Below are positions 28,940 through 38,372 of a stretch of DNA of 50,096 nt, piece after piece. Below the pieces are notes generated by a model that was given only the letters and a program-made list of their open reading frames with translations, was not told where the DNA came from and did not search any database. Source of the stretch: Meiothermus sp. (GTDB lineage Bacteria > Deinococcota > Deinococci > Deinococcales > Thermaceae). Position 1 is the first letter of the stretch. Every line of letters begins with the position of its first letter. The position numbers and the translations under genes are program-made. The stretch spans positions 1-50,096 of the forward strand of contig JANRLD010000063.1 in the NCBI GenBank assembly GCA_033762915.1, given 5' to 3'.

Positions 28940-30691
28940 TCACTGACCAGCGCCCCTACTTGTGTTGTGTATTCTTTCAAGCAAATCAGCCATTTCTGAT
29001 GGTATGTCGTCTCTTGTTAAGAACCTTGACAAAATGGAAGCACTAAGAGTAGCTCCGTACTCTTTTTGGCTCCATGCAGACAACTGGGAGATAAGTTCCT
29101 TGCCAGAGACTCGAGCGATCTTGTCGTCTAGATTGCGCCAAACTGTCTTGAGTTGTTCACGAGCACGTTTGTTGGCTGCTCCTCCACTCAACCCTTTGTC
29201 TTGAGCCCGAATGGCATCTGACATACTATCGAGGACTTCATCTTTGAGCCCCTCGGCTAGCTCTTCAATCTTGGACTCAATTTCACCAACAGTTGGCGCT
29301 GGTTTATCGATCTTGGAACGTTGCCGGATCGCTCTCAAAATTACAACAGGTATAATGAAGTAATTTTCAATCTCCTTCCTTTGCCAGATATGGATAGAAA
29401 TTCCTTCGGATTTTGCTTCTTGGAGGCGTTTATTTTTTTGATCCTGTGTATGATAGTCAGAATCAAAGATACAAAAAATCTTTATCGTATTCCCGCCAGA
29501 ATTTTTTAGGAATCTTGCTGTACCAAGTGCATATGCCCAACCACCCCAACCGCCCATAGAGAAATTTGGAATAGATTGTAAACCCTCATTGCTCTCAGAG
29601 AAAATAGTGTCGTAAACGGGACTCAGCAAAGAAAGATCATCGCCCTCCAACAAAAGACAACACTTTGCGTTCCACAAACGAGATAATTGAACATTGTGGA
29701 CACTCCCCACATCTTCAATTATCTTCTGAACTGTTGGAAGACTTGAAGCAAACCGTGATTCCGACCTTTCCTTCTCAATAACCAATATGTCATTGGGATC
29801 CACTTCTGACATTATTTCAACAGAGTGCGTTGTGACAATCAGTTGGGGAAATCGTTTGCTAACAAAGCGAATCAACCTTCTCTGTAAGTCGGGGTGCATG
29901 TAGACATCGGGTTCGTCTAGAATCACGGAACTTGCACGAGCTGACCTTGATAAAAACCAAATTGTTTGTAGCCACATTTGCAGGCCGTGACCCATGTTGC
30001 CTACTTCGGCTACAAAGTTGTCGTCTCTTATGAATAGCTGGTGTATCTCGTCCTCAGCCCTAGGCTCACGAAGTTCCGTTATCTGCAAGCCGGGCCAAGT
30101 CACTTCAGTCATTCGAGAAAATTCCAAATAGGAGTCCGTGAACACCCGAAGCTGATTCCTGAAGTGCTGAGACGAAAGGGCAGATGATGCTGCCCTCTTT
30201 ACATACTCATCGGTGAGTCGCGTTTCTTTTTTGGCAAGTGGCCCAATTTGGGGCATGATTTGAACAGATGGAAGATCAACGTTTCGGGCCATACCGCGTG
30301 CCTTAACAATCTTGTCATCAGGTGTATAAATTACACAATGGTTTTCTCCTTGTTCGCCTAGATAGATCTTTATGTGACTTCCATTGCTGAATTTCGCATG
30401 AATGATTGCTGGTGGACTACCATACCGGAAAAACAAATTATCAAAATTGAACTCAATGTTTTTTAGGGAAGGTTGTACTCCGAGTTCTCTGCGTGGAATC
30501 TGCCCCCACTTAGGGGGGTGTTTATAAGTTAGAGATTCAAAACGCTCGGTAACAATTGACACAAGTCGTAAAGCTTCAACAAGGGTTGTTTTGCCCGCAT
30601 TGTTGCGACCGATTACTATCGTCCTCGACTTAAATGGCACAGTATGATTTTCGAAACAGCGGAAATTTTGTAAATGAAGCTCAATAAGCAT
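28940..30691 (-). CDS. OLD-family-like ATP-dependent nuclease (ABC ATPase + TOPRIM), low GC
   Basis: Walker A GRNNAGKT, signature-like MGHG, Walker B ILDEPD, H-loop TTHS. TOPRIM-like LLEGDD, IFDSD and KEIENY. Confidence 0.85.
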   Translation of the reverse strand: MLIELHLQNFRCFENHTVPFKSRTIVIGRNNAGKTTLVEALRLVSIVTERFESLTYKHPPKWGQIPRRELGVQPSLKNIEFNFDNLFFRYGSPPAIIHAKFSNGSHIKIYLGEQGENHCVIYTPDDKIVKARGMARNVDLPSVQIMPQIGPLAKKETRLTDEYVKRAASSALSSQHFRNQLRVFTDSYLEFSRMTEVTWPGLQITELREPRAEDEIHQLFIRDDNFVAEVGNMGHGLQMWLQTIWFLSRSARASSVILDEPDVYMHPDLQRRLIRFVSKRFPQLIVTTHSVEIMSEVDPNDILVIEKERSESRFASSLPTVQKIIEDVGSVHNVQLSRLWNAKCCLLLEGDDLSLLSPVYDTIFSESNEGLQSIPNFSMGGWGGWAYALGTARFLKNSGGNTIKIFCIFDSDYHTQDQKNKRLQEAKSEGISIHIWQRKEIENYFIIPVVILRAIRQRSKIDKPAPTVGEIESKIEELAEGLKDEVLDSMSDAIRAQDKGLSGGAANKRAREQLKTVWRNLDDKIARVSGKELISQLSAWSQKEYGATLSASILSRFLTRDDIPSEMADLLERIHNTSRGAGQ

Positions 30692-30881
30692 AAGGATGAT
30701 GGCTGTAAGGAATCATTGGTTGAGGGAGAATTTTAGTAACACTCTTCTGAATACATGATACACATAAGGAAACCATGGGAAATGGAGTACGACAGGTTAA
30801 TCAGTAGGAAGTTGGTGTTCAAGGTGTTCGAAGTGAACAAAATCCCCGCCACGCGGGCGGGGAGCTGGGAGAAAACCGCTC

Positions 30882-31805
30882 TTAGAAGGTGAAGAATGCG
30901 GGGACGAACTCGAAGGCGCTGCCAGAGCGCTTGACGTTGCCCACCGCAGGCCAGGGGAAGTGGTACCCGACCACGGCGATGCGGTCGGCGGCGGCGGCCT
31001 GCCACAGCCTGGCCCTGGTGGCCACGGCGTTCTGCGGGTTGGCGTCGAAGCCCAGGAAGTGGTCGGGGAAGCGGAAGGAGAGAATGTGGTGGCCGCCCGC
31101 GTCGCCCAGGTGCCAGAGGGTCTGGCCGCCCGAGGCGATCTGTACCGCCAGGTGACCCACGGTGTGGCCGGCGGTGTCCACGGCGGTCAGGCCCGGGGCG
31201 ATCTCGGAGCCGGCCCTGATCAGCGTAAAGCGATCCTTGAGGGCGTTCAGGTTGGCGGGCGGGGTGGCCTGGGAGAGCCAGAACTGCATCTCGGCCTCGC
31301 CCATCACGTGGCGCGCATTGGCGAAGGTGGGGGCGTTGTTGGTCACTAGCCCGCCGATGTGGTCGCCGTGCCCGTGGGTGATGAAAACGGTGTTGATCTG
31401 GGCGGGAGTCACACCCGCCCTGGCCAGGTTGGCCACCAACTGGCCGCCGGTGCCGCCGCGCCCGGTGTCGATCAGGATCTTGTTGTTGCCGTTCTCCACC
31501 AGCATGGGGTTGAAGTTGTTGACGAAGCGGGCCCCGTCGAGGAAGTTCTCGCGCAGCGCGGCCTCGAACTCGGCCTGCTTGCCGGGGGTCGCGCCCCAGT
31601 TGGGGAAGGCGTTGCCTGGAGGGCTCTGGCCGTCGGAGAGGACGGTAAGGGTGATGTCCCCCACCTTGAAGCGGTAGAAGCCGCCCCCGTTGGCACCCGC
31701 TGCCTGCTGAGCCATGGCTGAGGGCATTGTACCAACTGCCGCGCCTGCGCCCGCGGCTCCCAGCACCTTAAGGGCGTCCCGTCTCGTGACCTTAGATTTG
31801 CTCAT
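30882..31805 (-). CDS. Tat-exported metallo-beta-lactamase-fold hydrolase
   Basis: Twin-Arg signal TRRDALK...AMA. THGHGDH, GHTVGH, GD and YHFPWP. Confidence 0.9.
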   Translation of the reverse strand: MSKSKVTRRDALKVLGAAGAGAAVGTMPSAMAQQAAGANGGGFYRFKVGDITLTVLSDGQSPPGNAFPNWGATPGKQAEFEAALRENFLDGARFVNNFNPMLVENGNNKILIDTGRGGTGGQLVANLARAGVTPAQINTVFITHGHGDHIGGLVTNNAPTFANARHVMGEAEMQFWLSQATPPANLNALKDRFTLIRAGSEIAPGLTAVDTAGHTVGHLAVQIASGGQTLWHLGDAGGHHILSFRFPDHFLGFDANPQNAVATRARLWQAAAADRIAVVGYHFPWPAVGNVKRSGSAFEFVPAFFTF

Positions 31806-31997
31806 GCGCTTCTCCTTCTCGCCCCTCGAGCCCGTACCCGCGCTCGAGGTGTCCGCGTGCCACCCGCTCACACGGCTTTCATCAAACTTGGCGAAGTAAA
31901 GTACAGCAGAAAATATAGCGGCAGCAGGCCACCGAGAATTGCCCCTACTCCACAAAGACTCCACAAATCGGGCAACTCGAAACGCTGCCTCTGCCGT

Positions 31998-32130
31998 CTA
32001 AGTTGCGCCATAGTGAGACTTCAGAACTTCAGCACAGCCTCATCAGCGAGCGGCTTGTGGGCGCAATTGCCCGATCTATCGGTGAGTGCGGATGCTGCAA
32101 TTCCACTATGCAGATCCCTAAGTGGCGCAA
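31998..32130. repeat. MITE-like dispersed repeat, copy 2
   Basis: Inverted ~93%-identical copy of 9980-10097. Ends contain TTGCGCCA and TGGCGCAA. Confidence 0.8.
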
Positions 32131-32172
32131 GGGTAGAAGTGCGGAATCGGCGGAAGTGGCAAGTACATGCCA

Positions 32173-32300
32173 GGGCGGAGTGGCGTGCGCCATAGCTGCA
32201 GAGCGGCTACCCGGGGCGGAGTGGCGTACGCCATAGCCGCAGAACGGCTACCCGAGGCGGAGTGGCGTGCGCCATAGCCGCGGAGCGGCTACCCGGGGCG
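32173..32300. repeat. Three tandem 41-bp REP-like units
   Basis: GGGCGGAGTGGCGTGCGCCATAGCYGCRGAGCGGCTACCCG consensus at 32173, 32214 and 32255. Each unit has two small hairpins, and there are no spacers. Confidence 0.9.
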
Positions 32301-32354
32301 CGATTCCCTGAGGGAGCTGGCGGGCGATATTTCGCATTGCAACTACAGAGACAC

Positions 32355-33251
32355 TTAGGCGGCCCGGCCCAGGGTCGGTCTGGCCCACAGGGTGCGCCGT
32401 TCCTCGCCGCGCAGCACCTCAAGCCCCACCTCACTCCCGCCGAAGACCAGCGCCTTTTGCAGATCGTTGACGCTGCTGATCGGCTCGCCGTCGATAGCCA
32501 GCAGGAGGTCGCCCTGGCGCAGGCCCGAGGCCGAGGCGGGGGAGGCGGGGCCTACCTCGAGGATGCGCACCGCCTTGCCCTGCCCGGCCTGGCCGGCCAG
32601 CGCGGGGGGCAGGGCCTCGCCGCGGGCCCCGACGCCCAGGTAGCGCCGCCGCACCTCGCCCTTCTGGATCAGCAGGGCCGCCACCCACTGCGCGGTCGGC
32701 GCGGGGACCGCGAAGCCGATACCCTGCGCCCGGGGGATGATGGCGGTGTTGACCCCCACCACCTCGCCCCAGGCGTTCACCAGCGGCCCGCCGGAGTTGC
32801 CGGGGTTGACGGCGGCGTCGGTTTGCAGGAGGCCCTCGAGCAGGCTGCCCTGCGTCGGTAGGGTTCGGTCGAGCGCGCTCACCACCCCCAGGCTCACCGA
32901 GCCCGCCAGCCGCAGGGGGTTTCCCATCGCGATGACCAGGTGCCCTACCGCAGGGAGTTTGGAGGCCAGGGGCAGGGTAGCCAGACTTCGCGTCCCATCC
33001 AGGCGCACCACGGCCAGGTCGGTCGGCGGGTCGGAGCCCACCACGCTGCCCTCGAGCTTCTCCCCCGAAAGCAGGTGCACCCCGACCTTTCGCTGGTTGC
33101 CCACCACGTGCGCGTTGGTCAGTAGGTAGCCGTCCGGGGCCAACCCCAGCCCGGAGCCCTGCCCCTGCCGGTGCTCAATCGCCACCACCGCAGGCTGAGC
33201 CTGGGCGACGATATCCGCCAAGTCGGTGGAGAGCTGCTGGAGGAGGTTCAT
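32355..33251 (-). CDS. S1C (HtrA/DegP-like) serine protease with PDZ, no signal peptide
   Basis: LTNAH, DLAVV, PGNSGG and a C-terminal PDZ. Confidence 0.92.
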   Translation of the reverse strand: MNLLQQLSTDLADIVAQAQPAVVAIEHRQGQGSGLGLAPDGYLLTNAHVVGNQRKVGVHLLSGEKLEGSVVGSDPPTDLAVVRLDGTRSLATLPLASKLPAVGHLVIAMGNPLRLAGSVSLGVVSALDRTLPTQGSLLEGLLQTDAAVNPGNSGGPLVNAWGEVVGVNTAIIPRAQGIGFAVPAPTAQWVAALLIQKGEVRRRYLGVGARGEALPPALAGQAGQGKAVRILEVGPASPASASGLRQGDLLLAIDGEPISSVNDLQKALVFGGSEVGLEVLRGEERRTLWARPTLGRAA

Positions 33252-33349
33252 GGAGAGGGGTAAACGATAATGCCGTGGGATGCGGGCCGACCTAGGCTAT
33301 AGCCTCGCACTTAGCCCCCGCTGATGTTGGGCGTCTGCCTTTGGCTGCG

Positions 33350-34228
33350 CTATTCGCGCTCCCCCAGCGTTACCGCCACTTCCTGGGCCTTCCCGCCGCG
33401 CAGCAGGGCGAAGTGGACCTGGGTGCCGGCGGCGTGCTCGCTCAGGGCAGAGAGGAGGTCTTCCATGCGGTGCAGGGCGGCAGTGTCGAGGCGGAGGAGG
33501 ATGTCACCCATCAGCAGACCCGCGCGGGCGGCGGGGGCGGCGGGCTCGAGGCCGACCACCATCAGCCCGCTGGGCTGGCCCTGGCCCTCGGGGAGGCGGA
33601 CGGGCTGGGCGCTGATGCCCAGATAAGGGCGGCCCGCGCTGCCGTGCTTTTGCAGACGCTCCACCACGCGGCGCAGGGTGGCGGGGGGGAGGGTCAGGGC
33701 CACGTCGCGGCGCAAACCGCGGGTGTTGAGGCCCAGGAACCGACCCTCGCCGCTGATGAGCGGGCCGCCGGAGAAGCCGGGGTAGAGGGTGAGGTCGGGC
33801 TGGATGTAGCGCTCGAGCCTTCCCCCTGCCGGGGTGCGCCACTCGCCGCCCAGGTTGCTCAAGATGCCCATCGTGGCCCGCACCGCCTTGCCGGGCCAAC
33901 CCAGCGCCAGCACCACCTGGCCCACCTCGAGTTCACCCTCGTCCCAGTCGGGCGCGTCGAGATCGGTGGCCTCGGCCTTGAGCAGGGCCAGGTCGGTGGC
34001 GGGGTCGCGCCCCACCACCGCCGCGGCGACCTCGCGGCCTCCGGCCAGGGTAATGTGTACGTCGGAGCGCTTGAGGGTGTGCGCCGCCGTGATTATCTGG
34101 CCGTCGGCGGACCAGACCACACCGGTCGATCCCGACCAGCGTCCGGCCTCCACCCGCACCACCGAGGGCGCCGCCGCCCTGACCGCGCTGCGGATGGCCT
34201 TGGATAGTTCTGAAAGGGGGTTGCTCAT
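33350..34228 (-). CDS. Second S1C serine protease with PDZ, no signal peptide
   Basis: ITAAH, DLALL, PGFSGG and PDZ. Leaderless start MSNPL (TACGCT upstream). Confidence 0.9.
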   Translation of the reverse strand: MSNPLSELSKAIRSAVRAAAPSVVRVEAGRWSGSTGVVWSADGQIITAAHTLKRSDVHITLAGGREVAAAVVGRDPATDLALLKAEATDLDAPDWDEGELEVGQVVLALGWPGKAVRATMGILSNLGGEWRTPAGGRLERYIQPDLTLYPGFSGGPLISGEGRFLGLNTRGLRRDVALTLPPATLRRVVERLQKHGSAGRPYLGISAQPVRLPEGQGQPSGLMVVGLEPAAPAARAGLLMGDILLRLDTAALHRMEDLLSALSEHAAGTQVHFALLRGGKAQEVAVTLGERE

Positions 34229-34401
34229 GGCCTCGAGCGTAGCCGTTTGGGGCCCCGCCCGCACCCGCCAGAGGGGTAGCCAAGAGCTAGCCGTTTGGGC
34301 AGCCGAGCCGCCGGGTAATTCGGGTTATTTAGACCCCCTCATCCGCGGCGTGTCCATCTAAAATGTGCGAGACGACCTCGAGCAGGTGAACTGGAGACTT
34401 T

Positions 34402-35817
34402 ATGCCGCGCATGACCCCGCAAAAACCCCCCACAGGACACGTTGTCTTGGTGGTAGACGACGACCGAACCATCGTTTCGACCCTCGAGCGCATCCTGACC
34501 CAGGAGGGCCACACCGTGCTCTGCGCGACCTCTGGGGCGCAGGCCGTGGAGCTGTGTCGCGCCAACACGGTGCACCTGATGCTGCTGGACTACTTCATGC
34601 CCGACCTGACCGGCGAGGCGGTGATCCGGGCGGTACGCGAGTTCAACCCCGAGGTGCAGATCGTGCTCCAGACCGGCTACGCCTCGGAGCGACCGGCCCG
34701 GCAGATGCTGGCCGAGCTGGACATCCAGGGCTACCACGACAAGTCCGAGGGGCCGGAGAAGCTGATGATCTGGGTGGACGCGGGGCTTAAGAGCTACCGC
34801 CAGGTGCGGGCACTGAGGGCCTCGAGCGCGGGTATGCGGCGCATCCTTCAGGCCGCCCCCGAGCTGACCCGACTCCAGCCGCTGGGCGAACTGCTCAGTG
34901 GCCTGCTGGTGCAAATGGAGGCCCTGCTGGGGCTCTCCGGCACCCTAATCGCCCTGCGCGACGACCGCCTGGCCCCCGACCGGGCCAACTTGGAGGTACA
35001 CCTGGGCACTGGGCGCTTCTCGGGCAAGGCCTGGGTGCAGTTGGGCGAAGACGAGCGCAGGCTGATCCTGGAGGCCGCCGAGACCCAACAGCCCAGCGGG
35101 GAAGCTCTGCTGGCGCTGCCGCTGGGGGCCGGGGAGCGGATGGTGGGGGTGATTTTGGTAGATCGGCGCAAGGCCGACCCAGCCAGCCTCGAGGTCCTGC
35201 AACTCTTTGCCTCCCAGGCTGCTGTGGCCATCGAGAACGCCCGCCTCTACGAGCGGGCCACGGTGGACGCCCTGACCGGCCTGGCCACCCGCCGCCGCTG
35301 GATGCTCTGGTTGGACGACGCCCTTAAGTCGGCCTACCGCCACGCCCACACCTTCAGCCTGTTGCTGCTGCGGGCCGAGGGCCTGGGGGCGATTCGGGAA
35401 CGTCACGGGCCGCAAGCCGCCGAGCGGGCCCTGGCCGAGCTGAGCCGCACCCTCACCTACAGCCTTCGCCGCAGCGACGGAGTGGGGCGGGTGGATGAGG
35501 AGACCTTGGCGGTGCTGCTGCCCCATACCGACCTCGAGGCGGTCGGCCGGCTGGCCGAGAAGCTGCGCCAGGTGACGGGCCAGACCCGCATCGACTGGGG
35601 CGAAGAGACCCTCCACCTCACGGCCAGCCTGGGGGCGGCCACGCTGCGCTTCCGCCCCGGCTATTCCCCCCACAGCGGGCTGCTCGAGACGGTGCGGTCA
35701 GGCCTGCTCGAGGCCGTCGAGGCCGCCCTGGCCCAGGCCCAGGCCGGGGGGAAGGGGCAGGTCTCGCTGGCCGAGCCGCTGGAGGTCGGGGCGCTGCGCC
35801 CTCTAGCGCTGGCATGA
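34402..35817 (+). CDS. REC-GAF-degenerate GGDEF response regulator
   Basis: Receiver DDD...LLD...T...K is intact. The GGDEF site reads RVDEET, and the DxDxFK motif is lost. Confidence 0.88.
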   Translation: MPRMTPQKPPTGHVVLVVDDDRTIVSTLERILTQEGHTVLCATSGAQAVELCRANTVHLMLLDYFMPDLTGEAVIRAVREFNPEVQIVLQTGYASERPARQMLAELDIQGYHDKSEGPEKLMIWVDAGLKSYRQVRALRASSAGMRRILQAAPELTRLQPLGELLSGLLVQMEALLGLSGTLIALRDDRLAPDRANLEVHLGTGRFSGKAWVQLGEDERRLILEAAETQQPSGEALLALPLGAGERMVGVILVDRRKADPASLEVLQLFASQAAVAIENARLYERATVDALTGLATRRRWMLWLDDALKSAYRHAHTFSLLLLRAEGLGAIRERHGPQAAERALAELSRTLTYSLRRSDGVGRVDEETLAVLLPHTDLEAVGRLAEKLRQVTGQTRIDWGEETLHLTASLGAATLRFRPGYSPHSGLLETVRSGLLEAVEAALAQAQAGGKGQVSLAEPLEVGALRPLALA

Positions 35818-37661
35818 CCGCACGCTTCGACCCCGCCGGGCGGGCCGTATCCGGGTGGTTGGCCCTGGCCCTGCTGTTGCTGGTCTCTGGGGCGGCCCAC
35901 ACCCTGGCCCTGTGGCTGCGGCCGGGCGGGGAGGGGGCGCAGAACGTACTGGGCAATACCCTCAACCTGATCCCACTCCTGCTGGCCGCGCTCACGGTCT
36001 ACCTGGCCGCGCTCCGGCACCGGGGGCTGGCCCGCGTCGTCTGGTGCTGCATCGCGGCGAGTTTGCTGCTGTGGGCGATCGGGGACGGGGTCTGGGGCTA
36101 TATCGAGCTGGTGTTCGCTCGCAACCCCTTCCCCTCGCTGGCCGACGCCTTTTATGTGGGCTACCTGCTGCTACTGACAGCGGGGCTGATCCTGATGCCC
36201 CGCGCCCCGCTGCGCCGGGCTGAGGGCTGGAAGCTGGGTCTGGACGTGCTGATCGTGGTCGGCGCGGCGGCCGCCTTCTGCTGGCAGGCTTTCCTGGTCG
36301 ACACCGTGCGAACCTACCGGGACGACTCTGGCGCGCTGGCGTTGGCGCTGCTCTACCCGGTGGCCGACCTGGCCTTGCTGTCGCTGCTGCTGCTAACGCC
36401 CTTACGCCAGGGCGCGGTGTACAGCCACCAGATCGTGCTGGTGCTGGCGGTGTCGGCGGTGGTGGCGGCCGACATCTGGTACAACGTCGCCAGCGCCTCG
36501 GGGAGCTACATCACCGGCACCCCCATGGACAGCCTATGGAGCTGGGGGGCGGTGTTCTTCGGGCTGGCCGCCGTCGCCAGCCTCTACCCCTTCCACCGCC
36601 GGCTGCTGGCGGTCGGCGAGCGGTTCGTGACCCGGCTGAGCGTCTTCGGCAGCGCGGTGCCCTACGCGGCGATCCTGGTGACGTTCTACCTGGCCGTGGC
36701 CCACCACCACGACGATCCGCTGAGTGTGGTGGGGGTGCACATCGGGGTGGCGGTGGTGACCTTGCTGGTGGTGGTGCGGCAGATGCTGGCCTTTGCCGAG
36801 AATCGCCGCCTGACCCAGGAGCTTCAGCATTTGAACCAGCAGCTCGAGCGCCGGGTGGCCGAGCGCACCCGGGAGCTGGAGGAGAACCGCGAGCGGCTAC
36901 TGGCCTCGGAGAAGCTGGCCGCGCTAGGACGGCTGACAGCGGGCATTGCCCACGAGGTCAACACCCCCCTGGCCGGGGCCATGAACCACTTGCTACACGC
37001 CAGGGAGCTGGGCGAGGAGTACCGGCGCTCGGTCGGGCATCCGCAGGTGAGCCCCGACGACCACCGCGAGATCGCTGCCGAGCTGCTGGGGGCGCTCGAG
37101 GAGACCGACGCCTCTCTTCGGCGCATCGGCGAGTTCGTGCGAAACATGCGCTCGCAGAGCCGCAACCTGAGCAACGAGACGGCCCAATTCGACCCACATG
37201 AGGCCGCTAGGGAGGCCCTGGCCCTGCTCGAGCCGCAGGCCCGCGCGGCCGGGGTGGCGCTTGTGCTGCAGGCCGTTCCCCTGCCCCACATCTACGGCGA
37301 TGCCCTGCGCTTCGGTCAGGTGCTCTCCAACCTTGCCCAGAACGCCATCCACGCCTGCGAAGAGCGCCGCGATCCCCGGGGTAGCCGCGTGGTGATCTCG
37401 CTGGCCGCCACCCCCAGGGGCCTGCAGGTCCAGGTGCGCGATAACGGCAGCGGCATCGCGCCGGAGGTCTTGCCCAAGATCTTCGAGCCGCTCTTCACCA
37501 CCAAGCCGATTGGCAAGGGGACCGGCCTCGGCCTTCCGATTATCCGCGACATCGTGAAGGGCTACTTCGGCGGGGAGATCGGCCTCGAGACCCAGCCCGG
37601 CCGGGGCACCACCTTCTTCGTTAACCTTCCCCTGCAGGGCCTACAGCAGCACCAGACCTAG
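35814..37661 (+). CDS. Membrane sensor histidine kinase
   Basis: About 9 TM helices (FPSLADAFY motif), [23 protein letters not shown] and GTGLGL. Confidence 0.93.
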   Translation: MTARFDPAGRAVSGWLALALLLLVSGAAHTLALWLRPGGEGAQNVLGNTLNLIPLLLAALTVYLAALRHRGLARVVWCCIAASLLLWAIGDGVWGYIELVFARNPFPSLADAFYVGYLLLLTAGLILMPRAPLRRAEGWKLGLDVLIVVGAAAAFCWQAFLVDTVRTYRDDSGALALALLYPVADLALLSLLLLTPLRQGAVYSHQIVLVLAVSAVVAADIWYNVASASGSYITGTPMDSLWSWGAVFFGLAAVASLYPFHRRLLAVGERFVTRLSVFGSAVPYAAILVTFYLAVAHHHDDPLSVVGVHIGVAVVTLLVVVRQMLAFAENRRLTQELQHLNQQLERRVAERTRELEENRERLLASEKLAALGRLTAGIAHEVNTPLAGAMNHLLHARELGEEYRRSVGHPQVSPDDHREIAAELLGALEETDASLRRIGEFVRNMRSQSRNLSNETAQFDPHEAAREALALLEPQARAAGVALVLQAVPLPHIYGDALRFGQVLSNLAQNAIHACEERRDPRGSRVVISLAATPRGLQVQVRDNGSGIAPEVLPKIFEPLFTTKPIGKGTGLGLPIIRDIVKGYFGGEIGLETQPGRGTTFFVNLPLQGLQQHQT

Positions 37662-38204
37662 CTGGGCCGCCCGCACTACCGCCTCGGTGCGGCTCTGCGC
37701 CCCCAGCTTGCCCAGAATCTGCGCGACGTGAAACTTGGCGGTGTGCTCGCTGAGGTCGAGCCGCCGGGCAATGGCCTTGTTGGACAGACCCGAGGCCAGC
37801 AGTTGCAGCACCTCGAGCTCGCGGGCGCTCAGCGCCTCGTCGAGCCCGGCAGGCGGCCGGGCCTCGGGCCGAACCAGCTCGAGGAAGCGCGGCTCTAGTA
37901 CCGCCAGCCCCTGAGCCACCGCCCCCAGCGCCGCCGCCAAGGTCTGAGGTTCGCTATCGCGCAGCAGCACCCCCCTGGCCCCGGCCAGAAGGGCTCGAGG
38001 GGCTTGGCCCTCCTCGGTAATCAGTGCCAGAACGGGCGCCTCGACCTCCGCGGCCAGGCCTTCCAGGTTCACCGCCCACAGCACCACGTCGGGCGGCAAC
38101 TCGTCATCCGGCCGAACCAACTCTATGTCGGCCTCCAGCAGCACGGCGGCCAGCCCGGCCCGCGCCCAGGGGTCGTCGCTCACGATCAGCACCCGCAGCG
38201 GCAC
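37641..38204 (-). CDS. LuxR/NarL-family regulator with degenerate receiver
   Basis: LSARELEVLQLLASGLSNKAIA HTH. The receiver reads VVLWAV, with no phospho-Asp. Leaderless GTG (TAGGGT). Confidence 0.88.
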   Translation of the reverse strand: MPLRVLIVSDDPWARAGLAAVLLEADIELVRPDDELPPDVVLWAVNLEGLAAEVEAPVLALITEEGQAPRALLAGARGVLLRDSEPQTLAAALGAVAQGLAVLEPRFLELVRPEARPPAGLDEALSARELEVLQLLASGLSNKAIARRLDLSEHTAKFHVAQILGKLGAQSRTEAVVRAAQLGLVLL

Positions 38205-38372
38205 CCCCAAACCCTACGCCAGCCCCCGGGCAGGGAGGGGTGAGCGGCCTCACCGTGCCGACGGGCTTGTAACGTAGTGGGCGCATCCGGTGGTCATTTG
38301 ACCCCTCCGGTTCTGGTCGGACTGGCTACCCTGAGTTTCAGCGTCCCTTATTCGCTTCGCTCAGGAACCCTC

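Noticed and set aside
28645..30840. Prophage or integrative element
   Set aside because: No integrase, transposase, tRNA or flanking direct repeats were found. Only the compositional shift supports horizontal origin.
32173..32300. Possible CRISPR array
   Set aside because: The 41-bp units are contiguous with no unique spacers, and there are no cas genes in the window.
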